DNA of 64,000 bases from Candidatus Izemoplasmatales bacterium (GTDB lineage Bacteria; Bacillota_I; Bacilli_A; Izemoplasmatales; Hujiaoplasmataceae), in NCBI GenBank assembly GCA_046542225.1, contig JBKHBS010000001.1, positions 52,259 through 116,258 on the forward strand, in the 5' to 3' direction. The stretch's first letter is position 1. Each line of letters opens with the position of its first letter. Positions 16,568 to 27,198 of the stretch are shown here, in pieces. Made by a program: the position numbers and the translations under genes. The notes beneath the pieces were generated by a model, which worked only from the letters and a program-made list of their open reading frames with translations, was not told the origin of the DNA and did not search any database.

Positions 16568-19204
16568 ATGATGAAAAACTTAAAAGGACATGAAATTAGA
16601 GAAATTTGGTTAAACTTTTTTAAAGATAAAGGACACAGAGTTGAAGAAAGTGCATCTTTAATACCAAATAACGATCCAACTTTATTATGGATGAACTCTG
16701 GTGTGGCTGCTTTGAAACAGTACTTTGATGGACGAGTTGTGCCAAAGAATCCAAGAATAGTCAATGTTCAAAAATGTATTAGAACCAATGATATTGAAAA
16801 TGTTGGTAATACTGCCAGACACCATACGTTTTTTGAAATGCTTGGTAATTTCTCTATTGGCGATTATTTTAGAGATGAAGCCATTGACTATGCTTATGAG
16901 ATTTTAACTAGTCCAGATTATTTTGACATGCCAATAGAAAAACTCTATTTTACTTATTATCCAACCGATAAAGAAACTTATGATAAATGGATTGAAAAAG
17001 GTATTAAAGCTGATCATTTAATTTCATCTGAAAATAATTTCTGGGAGATTGGTACTGGTCCTTGTGGGCCATGTACAGAAGTCTTCTTTGATAGAGGACC
17101 TGATTTTGGTGACCATACCACAGAATCAATCAAAAAAGATATTGAAAATGATCGATATGTTGAATTATGGAATATTGTTTTGTCACAGTATAATGCTAAA
17201 GATGACTTATCTAGAGAAGATTATCCAGAATTACCGAGTAAAAACATAGATACTGGAGGCGGATTAGAAAGATTTGCTTCAGTTTTTCAAAATGCTAAAA
17301 CCAATTTTGAAACTGATTTATTCTTACCAATTATTCATCGATTCGCTGAAATTGCTCAAATAGAATATCATGGACAAAAATCATTTAAGATTGTTGCTGA
17401 TCATATTAGAACCATTACCATGGCTTTAAATGATGGGGCAATGATTTCAAATGAAGGTAGAGGTTATGTCATTCGCAGATTGTTAAGACGGGCTGTTAAA
17501 CATGGCAAACAAAATGGGATTGATAAACCATTCTTATCTGAATTGGTTACTGTCGTTATTGATTTAATGAAAGTATTTTACCCTGGTTTAGAAGAAAAAG
17601 CTTCAATTATTAAAAAGATTATTGATAATGAGGAAGTTAAGTTTTTGGAAACCCTAAATGCTGGTGAAGAAAAACTTTTAGACATCATTGAACGTAGCGA
17701 CAACCAAGAAATTAGTGGTGAGCATGCATTCTTATTATATGATACTTATGGATTCCCACTAGAACTAACTGAAGAATACGCTGAAGAAAAAGGCTTTAAA
17801 GTTGATGTTAAAGGCTTTAAAAGAGAAATGGAAAAACAAAAAGAACGTGCAAGAAGTGCTCGTACTGAGTCATCATCTTTAACATCACAAAATATAGAAT
17901 ACTTAGAATTTAAAACACCTTCAGAATTTGTTGGTTATGACAGATTGGATGTAATGACAGAAGTCATTAAAGTTTTCCCTGAAGGCATCGTTTTAAAGAA
18001 AACACCTTTTTATGCAACATCTGGTGGACAACTTGCTGACAAAGGCATCATTTACAATGATGACATCCAATTGCATGTGACGGACGTTAATAAGTTACCA
18101 AATGGTCAATTCTTACACACAATAAAAGAAGACATACCTGAAGACCTAGAAGGAAAGACCCTTAGGGCAAGTGTTGACCAAGAAAACAGACAATTTACTG
18201 AATATCATCATTCAGCGACCCATTTATTATTTAAGGTTTTACGAGATAGCTTGGGAAATCATGTTTCTCAACAAGGTTCACAAGTCTCAAGTACAGGTTT
18301 AAGATTTGACTTTAATCATTTTGAAAACTTAAGCGATGAAGAAATTTTAGAAATAGAAGAATCTGTAAATAAGATGATTCAAGATGAATATTCAACATCG
18401 ACTTCTATTCTCTCTGTTGATGAAGCGAGAGAAAAAGGTGCTATTGCCGAATTTGGAGAAAAATATTCTGATAAAGTTAGAACTGTTGATTTAAAGTTTA
18501 CCTTGGATTTATGCGGTGGTACCCATGTTAGAAATATAGCCGATATTGAAAGATTTGCTATTAAAGCAGTTTATTCAATTGGTTCTGGTATATATAGGAT
18601 TGAAGCTCTTGCAAATGACAAAGTGGATGACTTATTGGATGAACTCACAGGTCTTAATGAAGACATTGATAATTTAAAAAGAAAAGCCAATAAAATATTA
18701 GACCAAGCTCAAAAAGCTAAAATAGATTTATCCATCAATCTTAAAGATGATTACAAACCCATTGGATCATACAAAGATGTGCTTCATCAAAGAGAACGAT
18801 TAAAAGAATTACAACAATCTGTAAAGTCATTAGAAAAAGAATTTAACAGATTAAAAGAATCACAATCTTTGAATAAGGTTGGAGATTTTACAGATGATAC
18901 CTATGGTAATAAAATCATATCAGTCGTTGATGGCGTCAGCGGTTCGGTACTTAAACAATTGGCTGACGATTTGATTGAGCCTTTAGTCAAAGGTTTTGTC
19001 TTTTTAGCAACAGTTCAAAATGGAAAAGTTATTTTTGTTGCAAAAAGCAATGATGATTCAATCGATGCGGGTAAAATTGTCAGAGAAGCCGCTAAGATAT
19101 GTGATGGCTCAGGTGGGGGCAGAAAAGATTTTGCCCAAGCCGGCGGTAAAGATCCATCAAAAGTGGAAGAAGCTTTAGAGAAAGTTAAGGCCCTTGTATT
19201 ATGA
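16568..19204 (+). CDS. alaS: Alanyl-tRNA synthetase
   Basis: QKCIRTNDIENVG, HHTFFEMLGNFS, HHSATHLL...LCGGTHV editing domain, GGGRKDFAQAGG; GAGGTG RBS before 16568. Confidence 0.98.
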   Translation: MMKNLKGHEIREIWLNFFKDKGHRVEESASLIPNNDPTLLWMNSGVAALKQYFDGRVVPKNPRIVNVQKCIRTNDIENVGNTARHHTFFEMLGNFSIGDYFRDEAIDYAYEILTSPDYFDMPIEKLYFTYYPTDKETYDKWIEKGIKADHLISSENNFWEIGTGPCGPCTEVFFDRGPDFGDHTTESIKKDIENDRYVELWNIVLSQYNAKDDLSREDYPELPSKNIDTGGGLERFASVFQNAKTNFETDLFLPIIHRFAEIAQIEYHGQKSFKIVADHIRTITMALNDGAMISNEGRGYVIRRLLRRAVKHGKQNGIDKPFLSELVTVVIDLMKVFYPGLEEKASIIKKIIDNEEVKFLETLNAGEEKLLDIIERSDNQEISGEHAFLLYDTYGFPLELTEEYAEEKGFKVDVKGFKREMEKQKERARSARTESSSLTSQNIEYLEFKTPSEFVGYDRLDVMTEVIKVFPEGIVLKKTPFYATSGGQLADKGIIYNDDIQLHVTDVNKLPNGQFLHTIKEDIPEDLEGKTLRASVDQENRQFTEYHHSATHLLFKVLRDSLGNHVSQQGSQVSSTGLRFDFNHFENLSDEEILEIEESVNKMIQDEYSTSTSILSVDEAREKGAIAEFGEKYSDKVRTVDLKFTLDLCGGTHVRNIADIERFAIKAVYSIGSGIYRIEALANDKVDDLLDELTGLNEDIDNLKRKANKILDQAQKAKIDLSINLKDDYKPIGSYKDVLHQRERLKELQQSVKSLEKEFNRLKESQSLNKVGDFTDDTYGNKIISVVDGVSGSVLKQLADDLIEPLVKGFVFLATVQNGKVIFVAKSNDDSIDAGKIVREAAKICDGSGGGRKDFAQAGGKDPSKVEEALEKVKALVL

Positions 19205-19617
19205 AAATATTAGGACTTGATTTGGGTTCTAAGACATTGGGTGTCGCCAGTTCTGATATGTCTCAGACCATTGCTTCAAAAATAACAACCATCACTTTTG
19301 AACCCAAGAGTTTTAAATCTGCAATTCGACAATTAAATGAATTGATAGATTTCTCCCAATATGAGAAAATAGTTTTGGGACTGCCAAAAAACATGGATGG
19401 TAGTTTAGGAACACAAGCTGAAGACACATTGGTTTTCAAAAGGAAACTTGAAGGGTTAACCAATTTAGAGGTTGTTTTATGGGACGAAAGATTAACATCT
19501 AAAATGGCCAATGCCATTATGATAACGGCAGATATGAGCCGTAAAAAAAGAAAAAAGAAAGTAGACTACGTAGCAGCTACAATCATATTGCAAAGCTATT
19601 TAGATAGCAGAAAGTGA
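19201..19617 (+). CDS. ruvX: YqgF/RuvX pre-16S rRNA nuclease
   Basis: ILGLDLGSKTLGVA, GLPKNMDG, WDERLTS, VDYVAATIILQSYLD. Confidence 0.95.
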   Translation: MKILGLDLGSKTLGVASSDMSQTIASKITTITFEPKSFKSAIRQLNELIDFSQYEKIVLGLPKNMDGSLGTQAEDTLVFKRKLEGLTNLEVVLWDERLTSKMANAIMITADMSRKKRKKKVDYVAATIILQSYLDSRK

Positions 19618-19625
19618 GGAAAATT

Positions 19626-19904
19626 ATGACAGATTTACAAGACACTATCATCTTAACAGATGAGTTAGGTAATGAATTAACTGCGAGAATTATTTTAACA
19701 TTTGAATCAGAAGAGTTTAATAAATCATATGTTGTTTATAAATTAGACGATGATGATAATGATGAATACCATGCAGCAAGTTTTGATCCTGAAGACGGTG
19801 ACGAAGGTTCATTAGGGCAAATTGAAACAGATGCTGAATGGGATTTAGTTGAAGAAGTTTTAGAAAACTTCTTAGATGAAGCAGAAGAAAACGAAGAAAA
19901 ATAA
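19626..19904 (+). CDS. DUF1292 (YrzB-like) acidic protein
   Basis: LTDELGNE, FESEEFNKSYVVY, IETDAEWDLVEEVL; conserved position after ruvX. Confidence 0.88.
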   Translation: MTDLQDTIILTDELGNELTARIILTFESEEFNKSYVVYKLDDDDNDEYHAASFDPEDGDEGSLGQIETDAEWDLVEEVLENFLDEAEENEEK

Positions 19905-19905
19905 G

Positions 19906-20526
19906 ATGAATCAAGAATATCTAAGAAATGTAAACAAAGCTTTCGACAAAAAAATTATTGATGACCTTAAACAACAAGCAAAGTCGGATCATATACCCAT
20001 CATAAGTGATGAAGGTATTCATTTCTTGATTCAAATCATTAAAATTCTCAATGCAAAAAAAGTGCTAGAGATTGGGACAGCTATCGGTTATAGTTCTATT
20101 CTTATGGCGCTTTTTACCAATGCAAAGATAACAAGTATTGAAAGAAATGAAGCTCTATTTAAGCAAGCCGAAAATAATATTAAATTTGCAAAATTATCAG
20201 ATAAGATATCATTAATTTTTGGAGATGCAAATGATATCTCCATGGAAGAAGAAGATTTTGATTTGATTTTCATAGATGCTGCGAAAGCTTCATACATTAG
20301 GTTTTTTGAAAAGTTTTCTAAGAACCTAAAAACGGGTGGCCTTGTTATATCTGACAATTTATTGTTTAAGGGCATGGTGGCCCATCCAGAAGACATTGAT
20401 AGTCGTCATAAGAAACAATTGGTAAAAAAAATAGACCGTTATAACGAGTTTATTGTCAATCATCCTGATTTTGATACTTATATTTACAACATCGGAGATG
20501 GATTATCAATATCGATTAAGAAATAG
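19906..20526 (+). CDS. trmR: O-methyltransferase, probable tRNA 5-hydroxyuridine methyltransferase (YrrM/TrmR)
   Basis: LEIGTAIGYS, FDLIFIDAAK, DNLLFKG; synteny with the U32 pair. Confidence 0.85.
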   Translation: MNQEYLRNVNKAFDKKIIDDLKQQAKSDHIPIISDEGIHFLIQIIKILNAKKVLEIGTAIGYSSILMALFTNAKITSIERNEALFKQAENNIKFAKLSDKISLIFGDANDISMEEEDFDLIFIDAAKASYIRFFEKFSKNLKTGGLVISDNLLFKGMVAHPEDIDSRHKKQLVKKIDRYNEFIVNHPDFDTYIYNIGDGLSISIKK

Positions 20527-20535
20527 GTGGTTTTT

Positions 20536-21420
20536 TTGAATATAGTCGTTAGGTTAAAATCAAAGGATGAAATTGAAAATTTAGTCAATTTAGGCATTGA
20601 TGTTTTCATGTTAGATACAAAAGAATTTACCGCAAAATCTATTTATCCTCTTGATTTAAATAAATTTATAGAAATTTTTCAAGTGATTAAAAAATATCAT
20701 AAATTAGTATATGTCAACATCAACAAGATGATTCATGAAACGGATTTAAGTAATCTAAACAATTGGATGGCTTTTTTAAAAACGATTGAAATAGATGGTA
20801 TTGTCATTAATGATTTCACGGTATTTGTTGTCGCCAAGGCACACGGCTTAGAAAATAAGGTGATTTATCAGCCTGGAACAATGAACACCAATACCTATGA
20901 TGCTCTTTTCCTAGAAGAAAAAATTAAAGGTATAAGCCTTTCAAAAGAAATTACACTTGAAGAAATTTTAACCATTGTAAAATCACCTGCTAAGATAGAA
21001 TATTCTTTGGTGGGTCATGGTTACCTAGATATGTTTTTTTCCAAAAGAAAATTAATCACCAATTATTTTATCCATAAAGGTAGACACTTTCATAAAATTA
21101 AAAATAACCCTCATTTTGTGATTGAAGAAAAAACAAGAGACGGGATTTATTATCCAATTCTTGAAGATGAAATTGGGACCCATATTTTTAGAGATAAAAA
21201 ATTAGAGTCCTTTAAGGAAGTCCGTGAATTAGAGAGTTATTTAACTGATTTTTTTATTGAAAGACTTTTTATCGATGATGAAGAATATTATGATACGATA
21301 AAAGCTTATCAAGACAAAGATGAACACCATAAATTCATCAACAAATATAAGGGAAATTTTAACAGTGGTTTCTATTACTTGCCAACAGAAAAGACAAAGG
21401 GTGAACGCCATGTTGACTGA
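20536..21420 (+). CDS. yrrN: Peptidase U32 family protein (YrrN-like, tRNA hydroxylation)
   Basis: VYVNINKMIHE, LSKEITLEE, GHGYLDMFFSKRKLITNY, IEEKTR..YPILEDEIGTHIF; start codon uncertain (TTG 20536 after AGGTGG). Confidence 0.82.
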   Translation: MNIVVRLKSKDEIENLVNLGIDVFMLDTKEFTAKSIYPLDLNKFIEIFQVIKKYHKLVYVNINKMIHETDLSNLNNWMAFLKTIEIDGIVINDFTVFVVAKAHGLENKVIYQPGTMNTNTYDALFLEEKIKGISLSKEITLEEILTIVKSPAKIEYSLVGHGYLDMFFSKRKLITNYFIHKGRHFHKIKNNPHFVIEEKTRDGIYYPILEDEIGTHIFRDKKLESFKEVRELESYLTDFFIERLFIDDEEYYDTIKAYQDKDEHHKFINKYKGNFNSGFYYLPTEKTKGERHVD

Positions 21421-22594
21421 GTTATTGGCACCTGCAGGTAATTTATATAAAGCAAAGATTGCCCTTGAATATGGGGCAGATGCCGTTTATATAGGTGGTA
21501 AGCAATTTTCATTAAGAGCAAGGGCTTCAAACTTTGATTTGTCAATGATTGAAGAGTTGGTCGATTTTGCCCACCGCTTAAATAAAAAGGTTTATGTAAC
21601 GATGAATATGGTCTTTCATGATGAAGATGTAGATGGTCTTGATGATTACTTAATTCAACTAGATAGAATTAAAGTTGATGCCATCATCTGTTCCAATATG
21701 ATTGTCATTGAAAGAGCCAAAGCAATAACTGACTTAGAAATACATTTATCAACTCAATTCTCTTTGACCAATTCAAGGTTAGCAAATTATTTCTATGAAT
21801 TGGGTGTGAAAAGAGTTGTATTATCTAGAGAAGCTTCTTTAGAAGAAATCAAAACCATTCAATCAGCATCAAAAGCTGATTTAGAAGTCTTTATCCATGG
21901 GGGCATGTGTGTTTCATATTCAGGTCGTTGTACCCTATCAAATTACACGGTCTTAAGAGATGCAAATAGGGGTGGGTGTGCACATACTTGTCGTTGGTTG
22001 TATAAACTTTATGAAGGCGATAAAATGATTTCTGATGATTATGATTTCCAAATGTCATCAAAGGACTTAGAAGCAACCAATTACATAAAAGACCTATTGG
22101 ATTTAAACATATCTTCTTTAAAAGTAGAAGGTCGGATGAAATCTATTCATTATATAGCCACAGTCATTAACACATATAGAATGATGATTGATGATTATCA
22201 AAAAGGCTGTATGAGACCTGTTGAACAATATCAAATTGAAATTAAGAAAGCGGAAAACAGGTTAACTTCCCATGGTTTTTTTGAAGGTGATACTGGTGTA
22301 GAACAGCAGTTGTACAACAGCCGAAGCGAAGTGCCAACCAAAGAATTTGTTGGTTTGGTGAAATCTTATGATCAAGAAAAAAAGGAATTGATTATCCAAC
22401 AAAGAAATTATTTTAAACCTGGTGACTATTTGGAGATATTGAACCCAGATAAAACCATCGTTCAATTCCAAGTCAAACAAATCTTAGATGAAGATAAAAT
22501 AGAGTTAGATGCCGCAAGACATCCCTTACAAATTGTAAGAATTGCTTGTCCTATAGCGATTATGGATAATAGTATGGTTAGAAAAATTTTATAA
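21410..22594 (+). CDS. yrrO: Peptidase U32 family protein (YrrO-like, tRNA hydroxylation, Fe-S)
   Basis: ELLAPAG, GADAVYIGG, HGGMCVSYSGRCTLS..RDANRGGCAHTCR, LKVEGRMKS. Confidence 0.9.
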   Translation: MLTELLAPAGNLYKAKIALEYGADAVYIGGKQFSLRARASNFDLSMIEELVDFAHRLNKKVYVTMNMVFHDEDVDGLDDYLIQLDRIKVDAIICSNMIVIERAKAITDLEIHLSTQFSLTNSRLANYFYELGVKRVVLSREASLEEIKTIQSASKADLEVFIHGGMCVSYSGRCTLSNYTVLRDANRGGCAHTCRWLYKLYEGDKMISDDYDFQMSSKDLEATNYIKDLLDLNISSLKVEGRMKSIHYIATVINTYRMMIDDYQKGCMRPVEQYQIEIKKAENRLTSHGFFEGDTGVEQQLYNSRSEVPTKEFVGLVKSYDQEKKELIIQQRNYFKPGDYLEILNPDKTIVQFQVKQILDEDKIELDAARHPLQIVRIACPIAIMDNSMVRKIL

Positions 22595-22655
22595 AAAATC
22601 TTTTAAGAATATAATTAATATATGTTATAATATTAAAATATAAAGGGGACATATT

Positions 22656-23126
22656 ATGGAAAACAAATTTAAATTAACACAATCTGGTTACGACCAACAT
22701 AAAAAAGAATTAGAAGAATTAAAGGGTCCAATTAGAGAAAAAAACCTACAAGATTTAAAAGAAGCTAGAGCTCAAGGGGACTTGTCTGAAAATGCAGATT
22801 ATGATGCAGCTAGAGATGAACAAGCCCGCATTGAGGCTCGCATTAAAGAAATTGAAAATATTTTGAAAAACAGTGTGATCATTAATGAAAATAGTCGTTC
22901 AAGACTTATTTCAGTTGGGAAACAAGTCACTGTAAAATTTGTTAAACAAAATCTTGAAAGACAATTCAAGATTGTTGGTTCAGTCGAAGCGAATCCATTA
23001 AGTAATCAAATTTCTGACGAATCACCTTTAGGCAAGGCGCTTATTGGAAACAAAAAAGGACAAACCGTTAACTATAAAGCAGAAACAGGTAAAGATATAA
23101 CCGTCGAAATTGTCGAAGTAAAATAG
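22656..23126 (+). CDS. greA: Transcription elongation factor GreA
   Basis: EARAQGDLSENADYDAA, ISDESPLGKAL. Confidence 0.97.
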   Translation: MENKFKLTQSGYDQHKKELEELKGPIREKNLQDLKEARAQGDLSENADYDAARDEQARIEARIKEIENILKNSVIINENSRSRLISVGKQVTVKFVKQNLERQFKIVGSVEANPLSNQISDESPLGKALIGNKKGQTVNYKAETGKDITVEIVEVK

Positions 23127-23145
23127 TTATTGTGAGGTTGAAATC

Positions 23146-23847
23146 GTGATTGGAATTATCGGTGCACTTGATATAGAATTAAATTTCTTTTTTGAAAAGA
23201 TGATTATTGCCAAAACTGAATTGATTGGGGATAAAACTTTTTATTTAGGAAAAATTAATAAACACGAAGTTGTTATTGTTAAATCGGACATTGGTAAAGT
23301 CAATGCAGCCATCACTGCAACTGTTTTAGCGAGCCACTTTCATGTTAAAATGATTATTAACACTGGTGTTGCCGGGGGCTTGAAGCCCGCTGAGTTAGGC
23401 GATATAATACTTGGAGAAGGTATCGCTTATTTTGATGCATCCTTAACCGCAATTGATGATTTACCTTACGGAAAAATGGGTGATGATCCATTAATCGTTA
23501 GTAGCGATAAAAAATATTTAACCATGGCAAGACAAATTTTTGATGAACTTGGCTATGATTATCGTGTCGGAAATATTGTTTCTGGGGATAAGTTTGTGAC
23601 CAAGTTACGTTATTTAGATAAAATCAGTAAAAACGTACCTAATATTTTAGCCTGTGAAATGGAAGGCATGGCCATCGCTATGACTGCCCATAAGTTTAAC
23701 ATTCCCTTTGTCTCTGTTAGAGGAATTTCTGATATGATTGAGGAGAACTCTCAAACAGTTTCCTATCAAAAAATCTCTAAAGAAGTGGCAAGAAAAAGTT
23801 CTAATTTCGTCATTGGGTTTTTAGAGGCGCTCAATGAATCATATTAA
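23146..23847 (+). CDS. mtnN: 5'-methylthioadenosine/S-adenosylhomocysteine nucleosidase
   Basis: IGIIGA, IGKVNAA, NTGVAGG, SGDKF, EMEG, RGISD. Confidence 0.93.
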   Translation: MIGIIGALDIELNFFFEKMIIAKTELIGDKTFYLGKINKHEVVIVKSDIGKVNAAITATVLASHFHVKMIINTGVAGGLKPAELGDIILGEGIAYFDASLTAIDDLPYGKMGDDPLIVSSDKKYLTMARQIFDELGYDYRVGNIVSGDKFVTKLRYLDKISKNVPNILACEMEGMAIAMTAHKFNIPFVSVRGISDMIEENSQTVSYQKISKEVARKSSNFVIGFLEALNESY

Positions 23848-24511
23848 TCTTGATAATTATTCAATTAATTATCAAGTTTTTTTCAAAAAAATTAAGCATA
23901 TGTACTTGCGTTATGATGATAACACAATCAAGATTACCTGTAACAAAGCTGTCTCTCAACAGGCCATTGAAAACTTTATCATCAAACATAAGTCTTGGAT
24001 ACTAAAACATCATTTACTTGAAAAGATAGATTTATATAATGAAGATTATATGTATATATGGGGTCAGAAATACCCACTTGTTTATGATGAGAATATTTTC
24101 GATGATTTTCTTTTAGAAGACCAACATATTCTTATTAAAGACAATCATTTTGATCCAAAAAAGATCGAAAAATTTTATAAAGAATTGATTTTAAAAGAAG
24201 TCAATGACATTATAGACAACCACCAACATGCCATTGGAAAATATATTCCCATAAAAAAAGTCACTTATAAAGCCCAATTAATGAAGTCAAGGTTGGGAAG
24301 TTGCATCGCCAGCAAGCGAATTGTAAAGGTCAATACCTTGTTAGCGCGCTTGGATAAAAAGTATTTGAAATTAGTTTTGTTTCATGAACTGGTTCATTTA
24401 AAAGTTTCTAATCATTCAAGCGAATTTCATGCCTTACTGGAAAAAGTTCATCCAGACCATAAATACTTAAACAAAGAATTAAAAAAGAAAATTAGGAGTT
24501 TTGTATACTAA
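23834..24511 (+). CDS. YgjP/DUF45-like M48 family metallohydrolase
   Basis: MKSRLGSC, HELVH zinc motif, NHSSEF. Confidence 0.85.
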   Translation: MNHINLDNYSINYQVFFKKIKHMYLRYDDNTIKITCNKAVSQQAIENFIIKHKSWILKHHLLEKIDLYNEDYMYIWGQKYPLVYDENIFDDFLLEDQHILIKDNHFDPKKIEKFYKELILKEVNDIIDNHQHAIGKYIPIKKVTYKAQLMKSRLGSCIASKRIVKVNTLLARLDKKYLKLVLFHELVHLKVSNHSSEFHALLEKVHPDHKYLNKELKKKIRSFVY

Positions 24512-24585
24512 AAGACTCGGTCGGCATTGAAAGATAGACATTTCAGATACTTTTATGTATAATATGATTAGTGTCGGAGGTTAAG

Positions 24586-25146
24586 ATGATTGAAATCTTT
24601 TTAAGAAAAAAATATTTTTATCCCAATGAATATCATCAAACAATCTTTGATATTGATTTTAAATCATTGAAAGAAAAAGATATTTCATATATTTTGATAG
24701 ATTTAGACAATACACTGATTCCATATGATGAAACAATTGCCAATGCAAAAATCATCGTTTTAATGAAAAAGTTGGAAGAACTTCAATTTGAAGTTATGAT
24801 TATTTCCAACAATAAACAAGCAAGGGTAAAAGCATTTTGTGACAGTCTAGATATTGCTTATATATATAGCGCAAGAAAACCTTTTAAATATGGCTTTAAA
24901 AAAGCACTAAAAAAACTGAATCATCCACCTAGAGATCAGGTCGCTTTAATTGGAGACCAATTCATGACTGATGTCTTTGGCGGAAATAGAATGGGTTTTT
25001 ACACAATTGTTGTGGATGCCATAAAAAGAAAATCAGAAAAATGGTATACAAAGTTAAACCGATATCTTGAGAAAAGAGTATTAGAAAGGCTTAAAAGAAC
25101 AGATTTAGAATATTATGATAAGTTACATTTAAGGGAAAAGAGGTAA
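24586..25146 (+). CDS. yqeG: HAD IIIA phosphatase YqeG
   Basis: DLDNTL, SNN, ARKP, IGDQFMTDVFGGNRMG. Confidence 0.93.
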   Translation: MIEIFLRKKYFYPNEYHQTIFDIDFKSLKEKDISYILIDLDNTLIPYDETIANAKIIVLMKKLEELQFEVMIISNNKQARVKAFCDSLDIAYIYSARKPFKYGFKKALKKLNHPPRDQVALIGDQFMTDVFGGNRMGFYTIVVDAIKRKSEKWYTKLNRYLEKRVLERLKRTDLEYYDKLHLREKR

Positions 25147-25149
25147 GCG

Positions 25150-26271
25150 ATGTTTGATGATGCATATTGTAGTGGCTGTGGCGCAAAGATTCAAAGCGAA
25201 GACAACCAAAAGCCCGGCTATGTAAGCGAAGAACTTTTAAAAAATAGATCTGAAGATGAAGTGGTTTGCCAAAGATGTTTTAGAATAAAAAATTATTCTG
25301 AAACTTTTCCTTATGAAGTCTCTAATGATGATTTTCTAGAAGTTGTTGAAAAAATCAAAGAAGAAGACGCCTTAATTGTAAAAATTGTTGATATTTTTGA
25401 TTTTTCTGGTTCTTTTGTGCCTGCCATTAAAACTTTGACAGAGAAAAAAGATGTTATTTTAGTTGGGAATAAAGTTGACTTACTACCAAAAAATGTCAAA
25501 TTAAAGAAAATATCAAATTGGTTAAAAGTCATGCTAAAAAACCAAGGCTTTTCTGTCTTAGATAGTATATTGGTTTCAGCTAAATATGGTGATAATTTTG
25601 ATGAATTAATGAAACTTATTTATAAGCATAAGGGCAATAGAAATGTCTATATAGTCGGTTCAACCAATGTTGGAAAATCAAAGATCATCAATCAAATTTT
25701 AAAGAGATATTTAGGTGCCGCTTCAAGTATTGTAACTGAATCTTTGTCACCACATACAACTTTGGGAATGATTGGTTTCAACCTAATTGATGGTTCTATC
25801 ATTTATGACACTCCAGGTGTCATCAATAAACACCAATACATGCATTATCTTTCCAGAAAGTCATATAAATTAACTTATCCTCAAAAAGAAGTTAAACCTT
25901 TGGTTTTTCAACTTAATGAAGAACAAACATTATTCTTTGGAGGATTGGCAAGAATGGACATTATATCCGGGGAAACCTGTGATGTTATTAATGTTGTTAC
26001 GTATTTCTCTAATAAGTTAAATATTCATCGTACTAAAACAGAAAAAGCCAATAAATTATATAAGGAAAAGTTATACAGTTTATTGTCGCCACCAACTTCC
26101 AATGAGGAAGAATTGCCAAGATGGGTCTATCACGAGTTTAGAATCAGAGACAATCAAAAATATGACATTGTATTTTCCGGCTTGGGTTTTGTGACTTTAA
26201 GGGCACCTTTTCATATTAAGGCTTATGCGCCTTTTGTGGTCGGTGTATACACTAGAATGGCCATTATTTGA
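25150..26271 (+). CDS. yqeH: Ribosome biogenesis GTPase YqeH
   Basis: CSGCG...CQRC zinc finger, NKVD, GSTNVGKS, DTPG. Confidence 0.96.
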   Translation: MFDDAYCSGCGAKIQSEDNQKPGYVSEELLKNRSEDEVVCQRCFRIKNYSETFPYEVSNDDFLEVVEKIKEEDALIVKIVDIFDFSGSFVPAIKTLTEKKDVILVGNKVDLLPKNVKLKKISNWLKVMLKNQGFSVLDSILVSAKYGDNFDELMKLIYKHKGNRNVYIVGSTNVGKSKIINQILKRYLGAASSIVTESLSPHTTLGMIGFNLIDGSIIYDTPGVINKHQYMHYLSRKSYKLTYPQKEVKPLVFQLNEEQTLFFGGLARMDIISGETCDVINVVTYFSNKLNIHRTKTEKANKLYKEKLYSLLSPPTSNEEELPRWVYHEFRIRDNQKYDIVFSGLGFVTLRAPFHIKAYAPFVVGVYTRMAII

Positions 26272-26861
26272 TGAAAGATAAATTAATAGAAGATATTAAA
26301 GATTATCTTGTCAATGTTTTTAAATCTGATCAAAAACGGCTGACACATACCCATCATGTAAAAGATATGGCCTTAAAATTGGGTAAGATTCATGGAGTTG
26401 ACTTATTCAAACTTGAAGTTGCTTGTCTCCTACATGATTTTACTAAAAACGATCCCTTAGAAGACACTTTAAAGATGGCAAGAAGAAAATTTACCGAAAG
26501 GGATTTGGATGGCGTTGCCGATGGCTGCTTGCATGCTTATTCAGCCACTGTAAAAGCTGAACTTGTTTTTGCAATTAAAGACCAGGAAATTTTAGACGCC
26601 ATTAACTATCATTGTAGTGGAAGAATCTTTAAGTCTAAAGTTGAACAAGTTGTCTTCATCAGTGACTATATAGAAGAATCAAGAGTTTTTGTGGATGAAT
26701 CACTAAGAGATATGGCGAAAAAGAATCTTGATTTAGCCACATACCATATTTTTAATTTTTCAATTAAATACTTGAAAAAGAAAAATCAAAGTGTATCTAA
26801 ATTTTCAGAAGATGCACTGGCTTATTATAAAAAGAAAGTTGAGGTAATTAATGAGCGTTAG
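26271..26861 (+). CDS. yqeK: HD-domain Ap4A hydrolase YqeK
   Basis: RLTHT, LLHDFTK, LHA, AINYHCSG, SDYIE; synteny. Confidence 0.88.
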   Translation: MKDKLIEDIKDYLVNVFKSDQKRLTHTHHVKDMALKLGKIHGVDLFKLEVACLLHDFTKNDPLEDTLKMARRKFTERDLDGVADGCLHAYSATVKAELVFAIKDQEILDAINYHCSGRIFKSKVEQVVFISDYIEESRVFVDESLRDMAKKNLDLATYHIFNFSIKYLKKKNQSVSKFSEDALAYYKKKVEVINER

Positions 26862-27198
26862 TTTAACAAAGGTATACAACACATTATCGGATTTAAAACT
26901 ATTTGATATATCAATATATGATTTTAGAGACCAATCTCCATTTTTTGATTACCAAATCATTGCATCTGCATCGAATGAGAGACAAGCTAGATCATCGATA
27001 GAATTTATCAAAAAAATATTGGATGAAAAAGATTCTTTCCATGTCGAGAGTGACACAAACAATCGATGGGTTTTAATAGATTTAAACAACATCATCATTC
27101 ATGTTATGCACAAAGACACAAGAAATGATTATCAAATTGAAAAATTATTTTATGACCGAAAAAAAATTGATATTGAGGATCTTAATGATGGAATATGA
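26851..27198 (+). CDS. rsfS: Ribosome silencing factor RsfS
   Basis: SPFFDYQIIASASNERQ, WVLIDL, HVM, YQIEKL. Confidence 0.92.
   Translation: MSVSLTKVYNTLSDLKLFDISIYDFRDQSPFFDYQIIASASNERQARSSIEFIKKILDEKDSFHVESDTNNRWVLIDLNNIIIHVMHKDTRNDYQIEKLFYDRKKIDIEDLNDGI

Noticed and set aside
16486-16764. alaS N-terminal extension from 16505 and the antisense ORF 16486..16764
   Set aside because: The extension runs through the T-box antiterminator/terminator; the real start follows the GAGGTG RBS at 16568.
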